DNA of 63,320 nucleotides, filler included, from Trypethelium eluteriae (Eukaryota): NCBI GenBank assembly GCA_051942245.1. It is 2 parts of 2 records of this genome, joined end to end, with 100 filler letters (N's around TTAATTAATTAA, not from the genome) between each part and the next. Parts side by side here need not be neighbours in the genome. Positions count along the whole stretch, not along the records: positions 1 to 31,628 come from JAVECL010000270.1; 1 more part is not named here. One strand, 5' to 3'. Shown piece by piece: positions 1 to 11,314 of this stretch (position 1 is its first letter; each line of letters starts with the position of its first letter). The notes under the pieces were generated by a model. It saw only the letters and a program-made list of their open reading frames with translations, ran no database searches and was not told where the DNA came from. The position numbers and the translations under genes were made by a program.

Positions 1-1262
1 CCTCCTCTCCCTCCACCCCGACCTCTCCCCTCTCCAACCTGCCTTCTCAGCACTATGACATCCTGCTCCAGCCCCATCTTAAGCCGATTGACCTCCTTTA
101 TTCGTTCTGACAGCCTTTCACTATTCCTCTTGAAGAACTCACAACTCTGCCGACTGTCCTGAACAGCCTGTTGCAATATCGCAATCTGCTCCTGATCGAC
201 CTCAACTTCCATGCGACTCCGCGCCACCGCCTCCGCATCGTCGACTCGTCGCATCAGCTCCGCGATCTGCGCCCTTGCATGGCGATCCGCTTCTGCGAGT
301 TGGGTTTGAAACTGTGCTGTCCTTTTTTGGAGTACCTCCTCTGCTTGTCGTCGGAGGTCGGCTTCGCGGGCAGATGTGGCTTGAAGCTGTTCGCGCAGAC
401 GCGTGAGCGACGCTTCGGCGAGCAAGCGCTGTTCTTTCTCGTGATTCAGCTGTACGCCGACGCGGTCCTCGACTTCTTTGACGCTGTTGGCGACGTGGAG
501 CTGTGCAGAGGCGAGTTTTTCTTGCCAGGGGTCGTAGTCTTGACCGATTGCGTGGCGGACTTTTTCCGAGACTTCGATGTCTTTATTATTGATGTTGGCT
601 TGCATTTGAGTGATGTGGCCGTGTAAGTTTGTAGGTTCCTGTTCGTGACGGGTGGCGGTCGCTTTTTGCTCGGTAACTTTGGCGGTTCGCTTTTTGGCGA
701 GAGAGGCCGTTAGATCTCGGAGTTGGTCTTGGAGTTTGAGGAGTTCTTCGTCTTTGTGAGAATCCTCTACTTTGGTGGCGATGGTCGCAGCCGGTGTTTC
801 GTTCAATTGCTCCAATAGGGCATGCCACTGCTCTTCTTGGATCTCTAACGTGAGTCTCTCTGCTTTTTCTTTCCAGCTTGTGAGTGTGGCTTCGCATTTC
901 GTTAGATCTGCTTTGACATCGTGTAGCTCTTCGTCCTTTTGTTGAAGCTTGTCTTCGGCTTCGACAAGGTCAACTTCCATCAGTTCCCGAATCTCTTCGG
1001 CTTGTTCCTTTTCCTGCCGTATTTCATCTAGCTCTTTTCTCAGGCGGAGCGTATCATCAAGATGTGCCTTCTTTAGTGGCACTGGCGGTCTTGCTTTCTC
1101 CGCAACAGCTACCACGACTTCTTCAGCCGTCGGACGTGCATCTTCCCCATTTGCAAGATTCATTGACATATGTCCAGCTGAAGAACGGTCATTGTTTGCC
1201 CCCAGGCTAACATCGCGAGCGTTTGTTGTATCGCGTAATGGCAAAGCGTAGGGGCCCGCCAT
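1..1262 (-). CDS. Coiled-coil hypothetical protein (5' part; 3' end runs off the window)
   Basis: ATG at 1262 (MAGPYALPLRDTT...) opens a stop-free, E/K/Q/L-rich heptad-like frame (LRLRKELDEIRQEKEQAEEIRELMEVDLVEAEDKLQQKDEEL) to the window edge. It is missing from the ORF track because no stop codon lies in the window. Confidence 0.75.
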   Translation of the reverse strand, partial: MAGPYALPLRDTTNARDVSLGANNDRSSAGHMSMNLANGEDARPTAEEVVVAVAEKARPPVPLKKAHLDDTLRLRKELDEIRQEKEQAEEIRELMEVDLVEAEDKLQQKDEELHDVKADLTKCEATLTSWKEKAERLTLEIQEEQWHALLEQLNETPAATIATKVEDSHKDEELLKLQDQLRDLTASLAKKRTAKVTEQKATATRHEQEPTNLHGHITQMQANINNKDIEVSEKVRHAIGQDYDPWQEKLASAQLHVANSVKEVEDRVGVQLNHEKEQRLLAEASLTRLREQLQATSAREADLRRQAEEVLQKRTAQFQTQLAEADRHARAQIAELMRRVDDAEAVARSRMEVEVDQEQIAILQQAVQDSRQSCEFFKRNSERLSERIKEVNRLKMGLEQDVIVLRRQVGEGRGRGGGRG

Positions 1263-2242
1263 CTTGACTGAGGCCTCCGCTGATTATTCCAATCCAAATC
1301 AAGTTATGTGCGGAGATGTGTGCAAAATACTGATCAGTTAATCTTTAATTAAATGCAGACTAGGTTCAGGCAAGTCTATGTTCGGGGTCGAAACTCCAGG
1401 GCGAGCATCAAGCTTTACCTGCCAAAGATCAAAGCAAAGAAGACAATATCTCGGGTCGTTGATGTGACCATTGCTGTATTGGCTTTTTGTTGGTCGTTCC
1501 TCGGTTACGCAAGCAACTAAGATACTCGTTAGCAGAGCCAAGAATTGCCGTCACTAGCCTTGCAGATATAGCATTCATTTTAGGAGCATTCAGAAGCTAC
1601 ACATACAAGTAGCTGATTCATTCGTAGAACCAACGCTAATGCCGAGCGTACAAGCCACTGCGCGCTACAGAGTCATGCGAGTATGCGATGACTTGGGTGT
1701 CCTTTAATGGAGTAGAGCCTTTGAAACTCATTTAAGAAATTTGCGCAACGGCCTTGGCCAACCAAAGTTGAAGAAATCACGACACGATCCTTCGAGCTTT
1801 CTCTTTAAGTAGCGATCATCATTATACAATCTGAAGGCAGGCTAATGCAAGTCGTAGACGTCGGATGCAGGGAGCTGGTGCACAGGCCTGGAATAATGGA
1901 GGCTCCAAGCCCGGGGCGTTTGCGGAACGGCCGGAACGACTACTCGTGACTGCCTGACTGGTTCTGGGGTCTTCGAACGTGAGACTCTTGCCTTCTTTGC
2001 CTGCTCTCCTTGAATTTGCAAGACACCCTGCATGAATACCTGAGGAGGCTTGTGCGTAGGACAGCATGCAAGCGCCATGCAGCCTGGACGCGCACTTCAG
2101 CATGAGTTCCAAAAGAAGAATCTCAGCCTCGTTGACATGGGAAGCTTCTGTCTGCGCGTATGAGTAGGACCGCTTGCCGGGCTTCCGAGTGTACTTCGTC
2201 TAAAATATGATGTCGATTGTCTAATGTCCGTTTTGGTGAGGC

Positions 2243-4620
2243 ATGAATTCAACGCGCCCGCTCAGTCCTGATGGGACATTCTTGCTTGACACTAACAGCA
2301 TCGCTATTGTTGCTCAACGATGTCTTTGCAATGAACAAAAAGCGAAAGATCTCTTGAAAGTATGTTTGAGTTAAAGACATTCTAGGTGGAATTTGACAGC
2401 TAAAATCATGACAGAGGTCAAAAGGTGACGTGGAACGCGCAGTCAAGCTCTGCAACGTGAACTCGAAATACCGTGGAAGAGTGAGCCAAAGACCGTCGCC
2501 CGCTGCTACACCAACGCCGCCTGGCTCTGAAAACCCTTTACCACCTTTTTCGAATGGGTTCAATGGTTCGCATAGTCCCGGTGATAAATCTCGACTACAC
2601 CCGGATAAAGGAGTGCAGACGCCTTCCGTTCAAAGTCTAGCCAGCTCTGATTTCGGAGGCAATAGCAAGTCCTCAGAGCCGGATATCGCTGCTCACTATC
2701 CTCCGTTCCTTTCTCCATCAGAAAATGGAGATTTCAGAGCAGACACAGAGGCCTTGCGAGACCGTTTCGGTAGCCTTAATGTCGATGAACAGTCATCCGG
2801 CCAAGACAAGCGCTCTGTAACCGCTGCTAAAGACCAGCTTTTGGAACCTAATTCTGCCGAGAGAGAGAAGCCTGAGAAAGAATGGGATTTCGTGCTGCCA
2901 AATATCCTTTCAACATCCGTTTTGGGCCCTGCCTTAACGGGAGATTATGAAACTTTCAATATCCGGGATTTAGTCGGAGCCATGCAAAATAGTAACGCAA
3001 ATGCACAAATGATCCAGAACTATCTGGAGCGTTTCGACCATAGCAAGATAAGAGAGCACATCAACGACGATGTTGATGGATTTCCTGCTATGTTTTACGC
3101 AGCTGAGACGAACAAGGAAGACATTCTCCGTCTTTGGGTCAGATATGGCGGTGATCCAACCGTAGTCCATACGCAATCTGGAGTTCCACTTCTCGCCTTC
3201 GCGATCATGAACAGTGAGAGGATCCAAACAGACACAGCTCTAATGACGGCAACGTTGCTGAGCCTTGGCGCATCGCAGAACGTCATCCCATCTGCATTCT
3301 ACTTGCCGTATCTACAGGACCTGCCAGAGACCGGCCCAAGTGATGACCGCCTCCAGGATGCGAACGAAGAGAATAAGCAATGGTGTAAGGGCCTTGCCCG
3401 AGGGAAACTCGCGCGGACTGCAACTCTGTCACAGCGCTACTACCTAGCACGAGCGGCAAGGACCAAGAAGCCGTCACTTCGACAGCAACAGGTAGCGCAG
3501 AAGCGCAAAGCGGAACCTCTACTAGGCCTTCCCAATTTCCTCATCGGACAGACTGTTGCAGCGAAGATCTTGCTGGACAGGCTCCTCAGTCATCTCACTG
3601 TGTCAAGCAAAAAACCACTTGTGCTTGTATTTGCAGGTCCTAGCGGCCATGGGAAAACAGAGTTGGCCAGACGCCTCGGGAGCACTCTGTCGCTAGAGCT
3701 GGAGGTTGTGGATTGTACGACTTTTAATCGCGAAATGGAGCTTTTCGGTCCACGGCCAGGCTTAGTGGGAGCGGACAAAGGCAGTCGCCTCAACAACTTT
3801 CTTGCAGATAACCATGAGAAAAGGTGTATTGTTTTCCTGGACGAGTTTGACAAAACAAACGCTGATATCCACAAGACGCTGCTTCTTCCATTCGATAACG
3901 GTGAGGCTCAACTCCTTGAATCTCTACAGGTCGGCACTAACAGCACCGTAGGCGAATATCAAGACAGACGTAATGGAGACAAAATTAATTGTTCAAAGAC
4001 AATCTGGATTCTTGCTACGAACATGCACGATCCCGTCATCCAGAGCTTTTGCGTAGCCAACAACAAAGCCCTATTCGTTGACGAAGATGAATCCGAGCGA
4101 GAGCGCCTACTCAAGCAACTGTCCACCAAAATAAAACAGGACTTTCTCAACCATCATCAGGTACGTTTCTCGCTGCAAAACTCCTCTATCTGCCAGTGAC
4201 TCTAACGCTACTGCTTGGCAGGCGCCAATTACCGGTCGCATCTCCACCTTCGTTCCGTTCCTCCCCTTCTCGCCCGGCGAACAGGCCGTGATCATCCACA
4301 AACACCTTCTCGAGCTTGGCCGCAAGGTTCGAACTCCGGTCAACCTTGCCGAAGGCGATGACGAGCAGCTTGTTGGCAACGTGAAAATGCGCGTTCGCAG
4401 AGATGCATCCGTGTGCCAATTACTCGCCAAGAACGACTATCATACTGATCTTGGCGCTCGAAGTCTGATTACGGCTGTCGACACAATCAAGACGTTGATG
4501 GTCGATGCGTATCTTAGCGTGGACGAGGAGATCACCGAGGGTGGAGGAATGTCGGAGTTGATTATTGATGTGAACGGTGGGGAGGCAGTGGTGAATATCG
4601 TACCGCCAAAGAGTCGATAG
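2243..4620 (+). CDS. UBA-like / ankyrin-like / ClpB-type AAA+ ATPase (single AAA_2 module, Skd3/CLPB-like architecture)
   Basis: Four exons; GT-AG introns 2360-2414, 3901-3951, 4161-4221 keep the frame. Walker A FAGPSGHGKT, Walker B VFLDEFDK, Arg-finger TGRI, sensor-2 LGARSL. Ankyrin-like PAMFYAAETNKEDILRLWVRYGGDP. N-terminal IAIVAQRCLCNEQKAKDLLK|RSKGDVERAV resembles NAC/HYPK-type UBA. Confidence 0.85.
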
Positions 4621-4680
4621 ATGTCTTTCTTTCTTAATTCTGCCATGTGTATTCTTCTAGATACATTAAGATGCAATGGA

Positions 4681-5567
4681 TCATCGACGCCTTCTATTTG
4701 CCGCACGTTCCCATTCTTCTCCCCATTCAAGCGGCGGCGAGCGATTGTGCAACCGCTTGTACTCTTCTTCCTGCTGACGGACGATGGGATCATGAGAGCA
4801 CTGACGGCTGATTAATGCTCCGCAGCGCTCATACCAATGGTCCAGATCTAATGTGCGTGGATCACTTGCAGCTGACGCTTTGCTCCATAGCCTTGGTTTC
4901 GCTGCTTTCAAACCTGTGTACTCGTTGATACCAGGACCGCATAACCAAGAGTTCCAAGCCACCCAGTGGTCACTAAATCGACGTAAAGGACTCTGGGAGG
5001 GCGCCTTTTCTTCGATTTCTGCCCATGGCCCAATGGTTACAATAGCACAATTCTGGACAAACTGAGATAGAGCGTATCTTTGGAATGCAGGTGCTTGTAG
5101 CTGCTGCCCCAGTATCCAGGCGGACGCTGCGTTTGATAGCCATGGCTCCTGAGAATATCGGCCGGGAACATAGAAAACAGAGTCTTTTGGTCTTTTGGCC
5201 CAGTCGATGAACATTGCAAAGGCGACTGGATCTTCGGATGGTAGCTCAATATCTTCGGGCTGCGGTGAGTCTACATATCTCCGTAGATGTGCTCGGATGA
5301 ATGCCGATTTCTCCAGTAAGATCGCACTCTCGACATGAAATATTTTCTGTTTGTCATCTTCACCAACTTTGATCTTGACCCTGCTTTGGATATTCCTGAT
5401 GTTCGGTCAAATGAGATTACATAGATACCAACATGTTTTGGATGAATCACGTACAGCCGACTGATCTCCTCAACCTGCCCTCGCCGAGATCTTACTTTTT
5501 TCTTGGAAGCCACGGTTGCGCTGGAACATCCGTCCAAATTTTCAGGTACCGGGTCAACTTCGTTCAA
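4681..5567 (-). CDS. BTB/POZ-domain protein (5' end uncertain)
   Basis: After a GTACGT..CATCAG intron near 5400-5453 the frame reads VKIKVGEDDKQKIFHVESAILLEKSAFIRAHL...IELPSEDPVAFAMFIDW...AWILGQQLQAPAFQRYAL, a typical fungal BTB pattern. No ATG located; another upstream exon is probable. Confidence 0.75.
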
Positions 5568-6486
5568 GCTGGCTCCCGTCGTTCAGCTCAGTGATAGTTG
5601 GTCGCGCAGCGATGCCGTATTGTTTCCCTTTGTTCTATTTCCCTCGGGCTATTGCTTGCGAGCGGCTGGGTAGAGAATCTATTCTATCTCAAAAACGGAA
5701 GAATGCCTTTTTTACTCTTCAATGATGCAATCTGGAGTCACTTCGTGCATCTACCGCCCATCCTACTCTGGCCAAGGCGTAGCTTCACTTTGCTCGATTG
5801 CAATGAGAAGCTCTGGAGACCCAGGTACGCTAGGCTAGGCTCAAAGCGGGAGATTGCTTCCACGACGCTCTTGCCGTCGACAACCTGGCGCGAAACATTC
5901 ACGAGCGTCACGCGTCATCCCCCCAAGTCATACTAGGCAGTTACACCATCTCTTACTTCTCATCCTGTGCTTGTCGGACATTTTGGGCTCGTCGCTACGC
6001 AATCGTGAACGCGAAACTCAGGTTGATGGATGTGGTTATACAAATGTCGATCGCTGCAAGCGCCTGACGCCCGGCATATGCACCTCCCTTGCTATTATTG
6101 AAACTTCTGCCTTGCCCGAGGATTCCGCATGGTTTGTGCGTAGCTTTGGGGGGCGATACGCCCGCTCCCTCTTCGACTTATCCGACATCTGAGCCATACC
6201 ATATTGGCGCATGTCCGTTCCATGCAGTTCCTTCATCCTAGGTAGGGACCAGGCAAGTTACCCTGATGCAGATCATTCTGATCCCGGTCTCAATGATGAG
6301 GCTGAAGCTGAACCATCTTCGATGCAGGAGTTGTGCACTTACGTCGCGCCATCAAAAGTGCGGTGCTTCACGGAGAGGAAGATCCTGTCAGTGGAATGTG
6401 TCTCCCTGCCTCTATTGAGCAAGATCGTTGCAGTATTCAATGGTTAACCGACTGCGTTCTTTGACCCAACTCTGACATTTTTGCTC

Positions 6487-9400
6487 ATGGCTCAATCAAC
6501 TCAAAGGTCTGCTATAGGGCAGAATTTCCCCTTGGGCACATTTTACAATGCTCGGAACGATAGATTCATGTCCACAAACCTTTTCAAAGCGAATCCTCCA
6601 GCCGAAGCCATCGAGAGAACTGATATCCACGCCTGGAATGTTAGAGCGGGATATGACGAAGCCTACGAAAGGCAGTTTGAAGTGATGGGCATTAGCACTG
6701 AACTTGGCGCGAGTATATTAGCTGGCCTCGTACCTCTCAAAGGTTCTAGTGTCTACCTCAACGAAAGACCACGAAGTCGCAACTTACAAGCGGCGGTGCA
6801 CCACACGATCACTACTGTTACAGAAGCTCTGAGATTTGGCTTCCCTGGGCTCGCGGACTGCCTGATGTTCAACAACATATCAAGTGGTGAGGTCAGCCAC
6901 ATTGTTTGCAAGATTGAATGGGGCGTTCGAAGCATCATAGGCGTTCGACAATACCTGGATAACGGCACAAGATCAGACGCGGCCAAAAATGATTTCAAGT
7001 CTGATTTCAACTCGTTCCTATCAGTCATTGACAGCTCTAAGCAGGCCCAGAACCTTGCAGCAAATGTGACCTCTCTAAGACAGACTCAACTCTCTCCGGA
7101 AATTACTGCGTACTCCGATGTCCTGGAAGACAATGGCATCATCATGGAGAATTTTCAAGAGGCCTACGAGTTTCTACAAATCATGCCTTTACACGTCAAG
7201 GATCATAATGAAGGGAAGGGCATGCCTATAGCGTATTCTCTACTTCCTATCGCAATGCTCAATTACATTCTTCCAGCGGTCAGGACTTCGGAAATTGGGA
7301 ACTTCTTTCCGCCGGCGCAAGATTGCTTAAACTCTATCATACAGCTGTTCAACGAAATTCACACCTGCCAGCGGACTCTTTACGATCTTGAAAGAAATGT
7401 ACAAGCCAACGGCCGTTACTTGCCGCACAATATTCTGAGCGAAATCGAAGACCGCCAACGAGGACTTGAAGCGGTGCAGAAAACCATCAGAATCGACATT
7501 GCTCGTGCCATTCAAGAGGTGCGAGGAGGTTCTGACCCGGGAATACTATGGCAAGCACTAGCACAATATCAACAAGGTCATGCCTCGCCCAGAAATCTTG
7601 CAAACATCGGTACAGCATTCCGGAAGACGATCGAGTTCATCTCCAGAGCTGTCTCGAAGGGCGCATTCTACGTCGGGCACAATGGCACTACTCTCCACTC
7701 GTATCTTCCAAGGCAGCCGGACAGCGAAGCCTATGTGCTATTCTTCACCCCGACTGCGATGGGTAATGATGAATATTGGGAATCCAATCATGATCTTTTA
7801 CTTGAACTGCTCCAGACCAAGGGGCCCAAGACTTCAGTCATTATCCTTGACTGTGAAGCAATCTCAATCAATCTCGAGAGGGTACATATCGCGCATCATC
7901 AGGGCGGTCAATTAATCACTAGCGATTACTTGGAACACAAACTTTTCATGGCCGACAAATGCTTCGCGGAATGTGACCCGAAGACAGTGGAGACCGGCGT
8001 CCGCAAACCGATCCAGCGACGACATGTGACGATTCCATGTCCTGGCTCTCAATGCTCCAAAGCTGAAGCACAATGGATTTGTCCTCTCTGTGTAGCATCG
8101 ATTGAGTACGGCTTCTCCGATCAGTACATCTATTGCGATTGCGGAAGAAGCTTGTTTACGAACTACAAGTTCAAATGTAGCGGTAATGCCCATGGACCAC
8201 AGTATGTTTCATATGAGAAGGACCGATTACTCCTATTGCTCCAAGGCCTATCTCCAGCCAACTACCTGAATGTCCTCATTCTAGGGGAGACTGGCGTCGG
8301 GAAATCGACATTTATCAATGCCTTGGTCAACTATCTAGAATTCGAGACATTGGACGACGCGATAAGTGTGGAAGATTTGAATTATGTTATCCCATGTTCT
8401 TTCTCAACCCAAATTATGGACAGAACAGGTTCCACTCAATCGATACAAGTTAAAAAGGTCCAGATCGGGTCTAGAGAAGACGAGAGAGATGGGTCTAAGG
8501 GGGATTCCGCGACACAGCAAACCACGGTCTATCCTGTGACGTTCAATATGGGCGATTCCATATTGACGGTTCGTCTTATTGATACTCCTGGAATGGGCGA
8601 TACGCGCGGAGTAGACACCGATAGACAGAACATGGCTGATGTTTTATCTACGCTCAGTAGCTATGAAGAACTTCACGGAATTCTTGTGCTACTCAAGTCG
8701 AATGCTTCGCGTCTGACGATTACCTTTAGGTACTGTGTCGAAGAGCTCCTAACCCACTTACACCAGAAAGCAGCAAGGAATATTGCATTTGGTTTTACAA
8801 ACACCCGCATCTCTAACTACACGCCTGGTGATACCTATGAGCCCCTGAATAAGCTACTTCACGAACGACCTGGTCTTGGATTGAATCTATCAATGTCTAC
8901 TACCTACTGCTTCGATTCCGAAAGTTTTCGTTACCTGGCAGCAGTCAAGAAAGGTGTCAAGATGCCGAACAAGGCCGACTTTGACTCGAGTTGGCGGCAT
9001 TCTAGGGGAGAGAGTATTCGACTTATCAATCAATTCAGGAAGAATCCTCCGCACGAGATCAAGAGCACTCTGAGCTTGAACGGCGCTCGTCAACTTATCT
9101 CCGAATTGACCAAGCCAATCGCGGAAATGTCGCAGATCATCAACGGCAGCATAGCAATGACGGAAGACAAAATGCAAGAAATCAAGGATACTCGACTAAG
9201 CGGGGACCAGCTCCGCGGCAGACTCCATGTACAGAAAGTACAGATGAGCACAAGAACACTAGATCAGCCGCGTACCGTTTGCGCTAATGGAGACTGTATT
9301 GAAGCTCGCGATGACGGAAAAGATTCGGGGAAAACAGTCACTCTTTACAAAAAACACTGTCATCCCGTCTGTCATCTTGACGACGTTCAGGTCGAGCAGA

Positions 9401-10215
9401 TTGCTCATCCCAACCTCATCAACTGTGCGGCGTTTAGCGGCTCTGACACGTGTAACCAATGTGGACACATCTGGAAGGAGCATCTCCACGTTCTTTACGA
9501 ATTAGAGCCAGAAACTGTTACCGTGATTGATCCCAGCATCCAGCAGAAAATTCAAGCAAACGCAAACGACATTACCCTGCGCCAAACCGCCCTCAAACAG
9601 CACGAGCAACGGATCCACGAATACGAACAAGAGCGCGAGACGATCCGTACCGCAGCCGCCAAATTTGCCGTCTTTCTCTCCAACAACTCCCTCGCCGCCT
9701 ACAACAATGCCCTCATTGACTATCTTGACTACCTGATCAAAGAAGAACAGATCAAAGTGCAAGCCGGGGGCTCGGATACACGCCTCCTTTCTCTCACCGA
9801 TGAACGCCAGAAACACAAGGAAGCCATCCAACTCATCGATGCCAACAAACACTCCAAAGCTAACAACATCGACTTGAGCGAAGGAGGTGTCGACAAGATT
9901 GTCACGCAGCTGTATGGGTTAAAGCATTTTGGAACCACACTCAAGAACATGAAACAGGGCATTGTGAGTGCGCATGAGGCGACGTACAGAGAGATACCTC
10001 ATACGGTGAAGAGGAAGACAGTGAGGAAACAGCCGCTGGGGAGTTCGGCGAGACATCCTCAGGGTCGGGGTTTACCGAGTGTGCCGCAGGGTGGGCAGGG
10101 ACAGCATTTGGGGAGGGCGACTTCGAGAGTCAGCACACAGACGCGATTGGGACCGATGCCGCAGAATTCGCTATCGTCGTCGTTTGCGTCAGTGATGAGG
10201 AGAGTTGGTCTTTAG
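6487..10215 (+). CDS. Intronless stonustoxin-like MACPF + Cys-rich + P-loop GTPase (septin/AIG1-like) + coiled-coil protein, 1242 aa
   Basis: Single long ORF. N-terminal RSAIGQNFPLGTFYNARNDRF and SHIVCKIEWG resemble the stonustoxin MACPF/CDC motifs AALGRPFTLGMLYDARND and THVVxGILYG. G1 LILGETGVGKSTFIN (~8284), G3 LIDTPGMGDTRG (~8581), two Cys/His clusters, C-terminal coiled coil. Confidence 0.85.
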   Translation: MAQSTQRSAIGQNFPLGTFYNARNDRFMSTNLFKANPPAEAIERTDIHAWNVRAGYDEAYERQFEVMGISTELGASILAGLVPLKGSSVYLNERPRSRNLQAAVHHTITTVTEALRFGFPGLADCLMFNNISSGEVSHIVCKIEWGVRSIIGVRQYLDNGTRSDAAKNDFKSDFNSFLSVIDSSKQAQNLAANVTSLRQTQLSPEITAYSDVLEDNGIIMENFQEAYEFLQIMPLHVKDHNEGKGMPIAYSLLPIAMLNYILPAVRTSEIGNFFPPAQDCLNSIIQLFNEIHTCQRTLYDLERNVQANGRYLPHNILSEIEDRQRGLEAVQKTIRIDIARAIQEVRGGSDPGILWQALAQYQQGHASPRNLANIGTAFRKTIEFISRAVSKGAFYVGHNGTTLHSYLPRQPDSEAYVLFFTPTAMGNDEYWESNHDLLLELLQTKGPKTSVIILDCEAISINLERVHIAHHQGGQLITSDYLEHKLFMADKCFAECDPKTVETGVRKPIQRRHVTIPCPGSQCSKAEAQWICPLCVASIEYGFSDQYIYCDCGRSLFTNYKFKCSGNAHGPQYVSYEKDRLLLLLQGLSPANYLNVLILGETGVGKSTFINALVNYLEFETLDDAISVEDLNYVIPCSFSTQIMDRTGSTQSIQVKKVQIGSREDERDGSKGDSATQQTTVYPVTFNMGDSILTVRLIDTPGMGDTRGVDTDRQNMADVLSTLSSYEELHGILVLLKSNASRLTITFRYCVEELLTHLHQKAARNIAFGFTNTRISNYTPGDTYEPLNKLLHERPGLGLNLSMSTTYCFDSESFRYLAAVKKGVKMPNKADFDSSWRHSRGESIRLINQFRKNPPHEIKSTLSLNGARQLISELTKPIAEMSQIINGSIAMTEDKMQEIKDTRLSGDQLRGRLHVQKVQMSTRTLDQPRTVCANGDCIEARDDGKDSGKTVTLYKKHCHPVCHLDDVQVEQIAHPNLINCAAFSGSDTCNQCGHIWKEHLHVLYELEPETVTVIDPSIQQKIQANANDITLRQTALKQHEQRIHEYEQERETIRTAAAKFAVFLSNNSLAAYNNALIDYLDYLIKEEQIKVQAGGSDTRLLSLTDERQKHKEAIQLIDANKHSKANNIDLSEGGVDKIVTQLYGLKHFGTTLKNMKQGIVSAHEATYREIPHTVKRKTVRKQPLGSSARHPQGRGLPSVPQGGQGQHLGRATSRVSTQTRLGPMPQNSLSSSFASVMRRVGL

Positions 10216-11314
10216 CTGCTAGGATATTCATCAGCTTCGGGAAGAGTAGCTATCTGTACGCCGCAACAAGCAGCAGTTGGAACAATTGTTAGGTATAGCG
10301 TCTAGCACCAGCATGTGATTCTTCCAGCATTTTCGACGGGTACTCAGATGCAGAACCAATAGACTCCTACGAAACCCAAGGATATCGCGCCTACACCACA
10401 ATCCCCCTTCTCGATGGACCTGTATTAATGACTGTATGTGGCACAGCTGCCACCAGCGCGGTTGCGTTGGCTTATGAATCACTGAACCCGTTTATCAACT
10501 GAGCTTTCCTGGGACGAGGTATCCTGGCATAAGTTGTATCCTGGCACGAGGAATGTTTCGCAATGGGATGCTTTGGGATAATCTCTTTGGACCAGAGTCT
10601 GGGACTAACTTCGTTACATGTAGCTCAACGAACAAAGCTATATAACTTATCTTGAAACTTAGAATTTTCTTGATGGGATGAAATCTAATGTAAAGACATG
10701 TCGCCTCATGATATAGCTTATTTCTGCTGGCAGCTAACTAGAGACAGATTATGGCTCGTTGGAGATGGTGACTCGACTCGACTTCATATTCGGATGAGTG
10801 AGTATATGTGCGATTATGACGCCAGCCCCCTCAGATTTAGAGGGATCTTCGAACACCGACTCACGGCTTAAGGTCGACAGTTCATCGAGCTCTACCACGG
10901 CATGAGACCTGGACCTTGGCCCTAGACATGAGGACAGAACTTCCTACTCTAATGTAAAGTTCATATGCAACGGTGGATACTTGGTTTCGTTGACAAATCT
11001 TGGTTCCTTGAATGGTATTCTTACTTGCTGTTCCCCGGGAATCATTGCAGATGCGACCAGCAGCCACGAAATCAAAGAGCATGATAGAAGACTTCAAGGG
11101 GTAGTCCTACAAGAGACTAACAGGGATCAATTCAATCAATTATAAGACAAAACAATGGGTTCGCAAGTGGTCTTTGAACCGATACATAACGAAACTGGCT
11201 TTCGTCTCCAAGGTAGCTCGCAGACAGAGATGCCCAACACGATTGCGGGACGCGTCACTAGAAGGCTGGAGATGTTTCTCATGTTCGGGCATTGTCCAAC
11301 TCTAATATTCACCG

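Noticed and set aside
171..1251. Plus-strand and short minus-strand ORFs in the track
   Set aside because: Shadow frames of the minus-strand coiled-coil gene (1-1262).
10519..10546. 11-bp direct repeat GTATCCTGGCA (two copies)
   Set aside because: Only two copies and no element structure; likely local slippage. No CRISPR-like array anywhere in the window.
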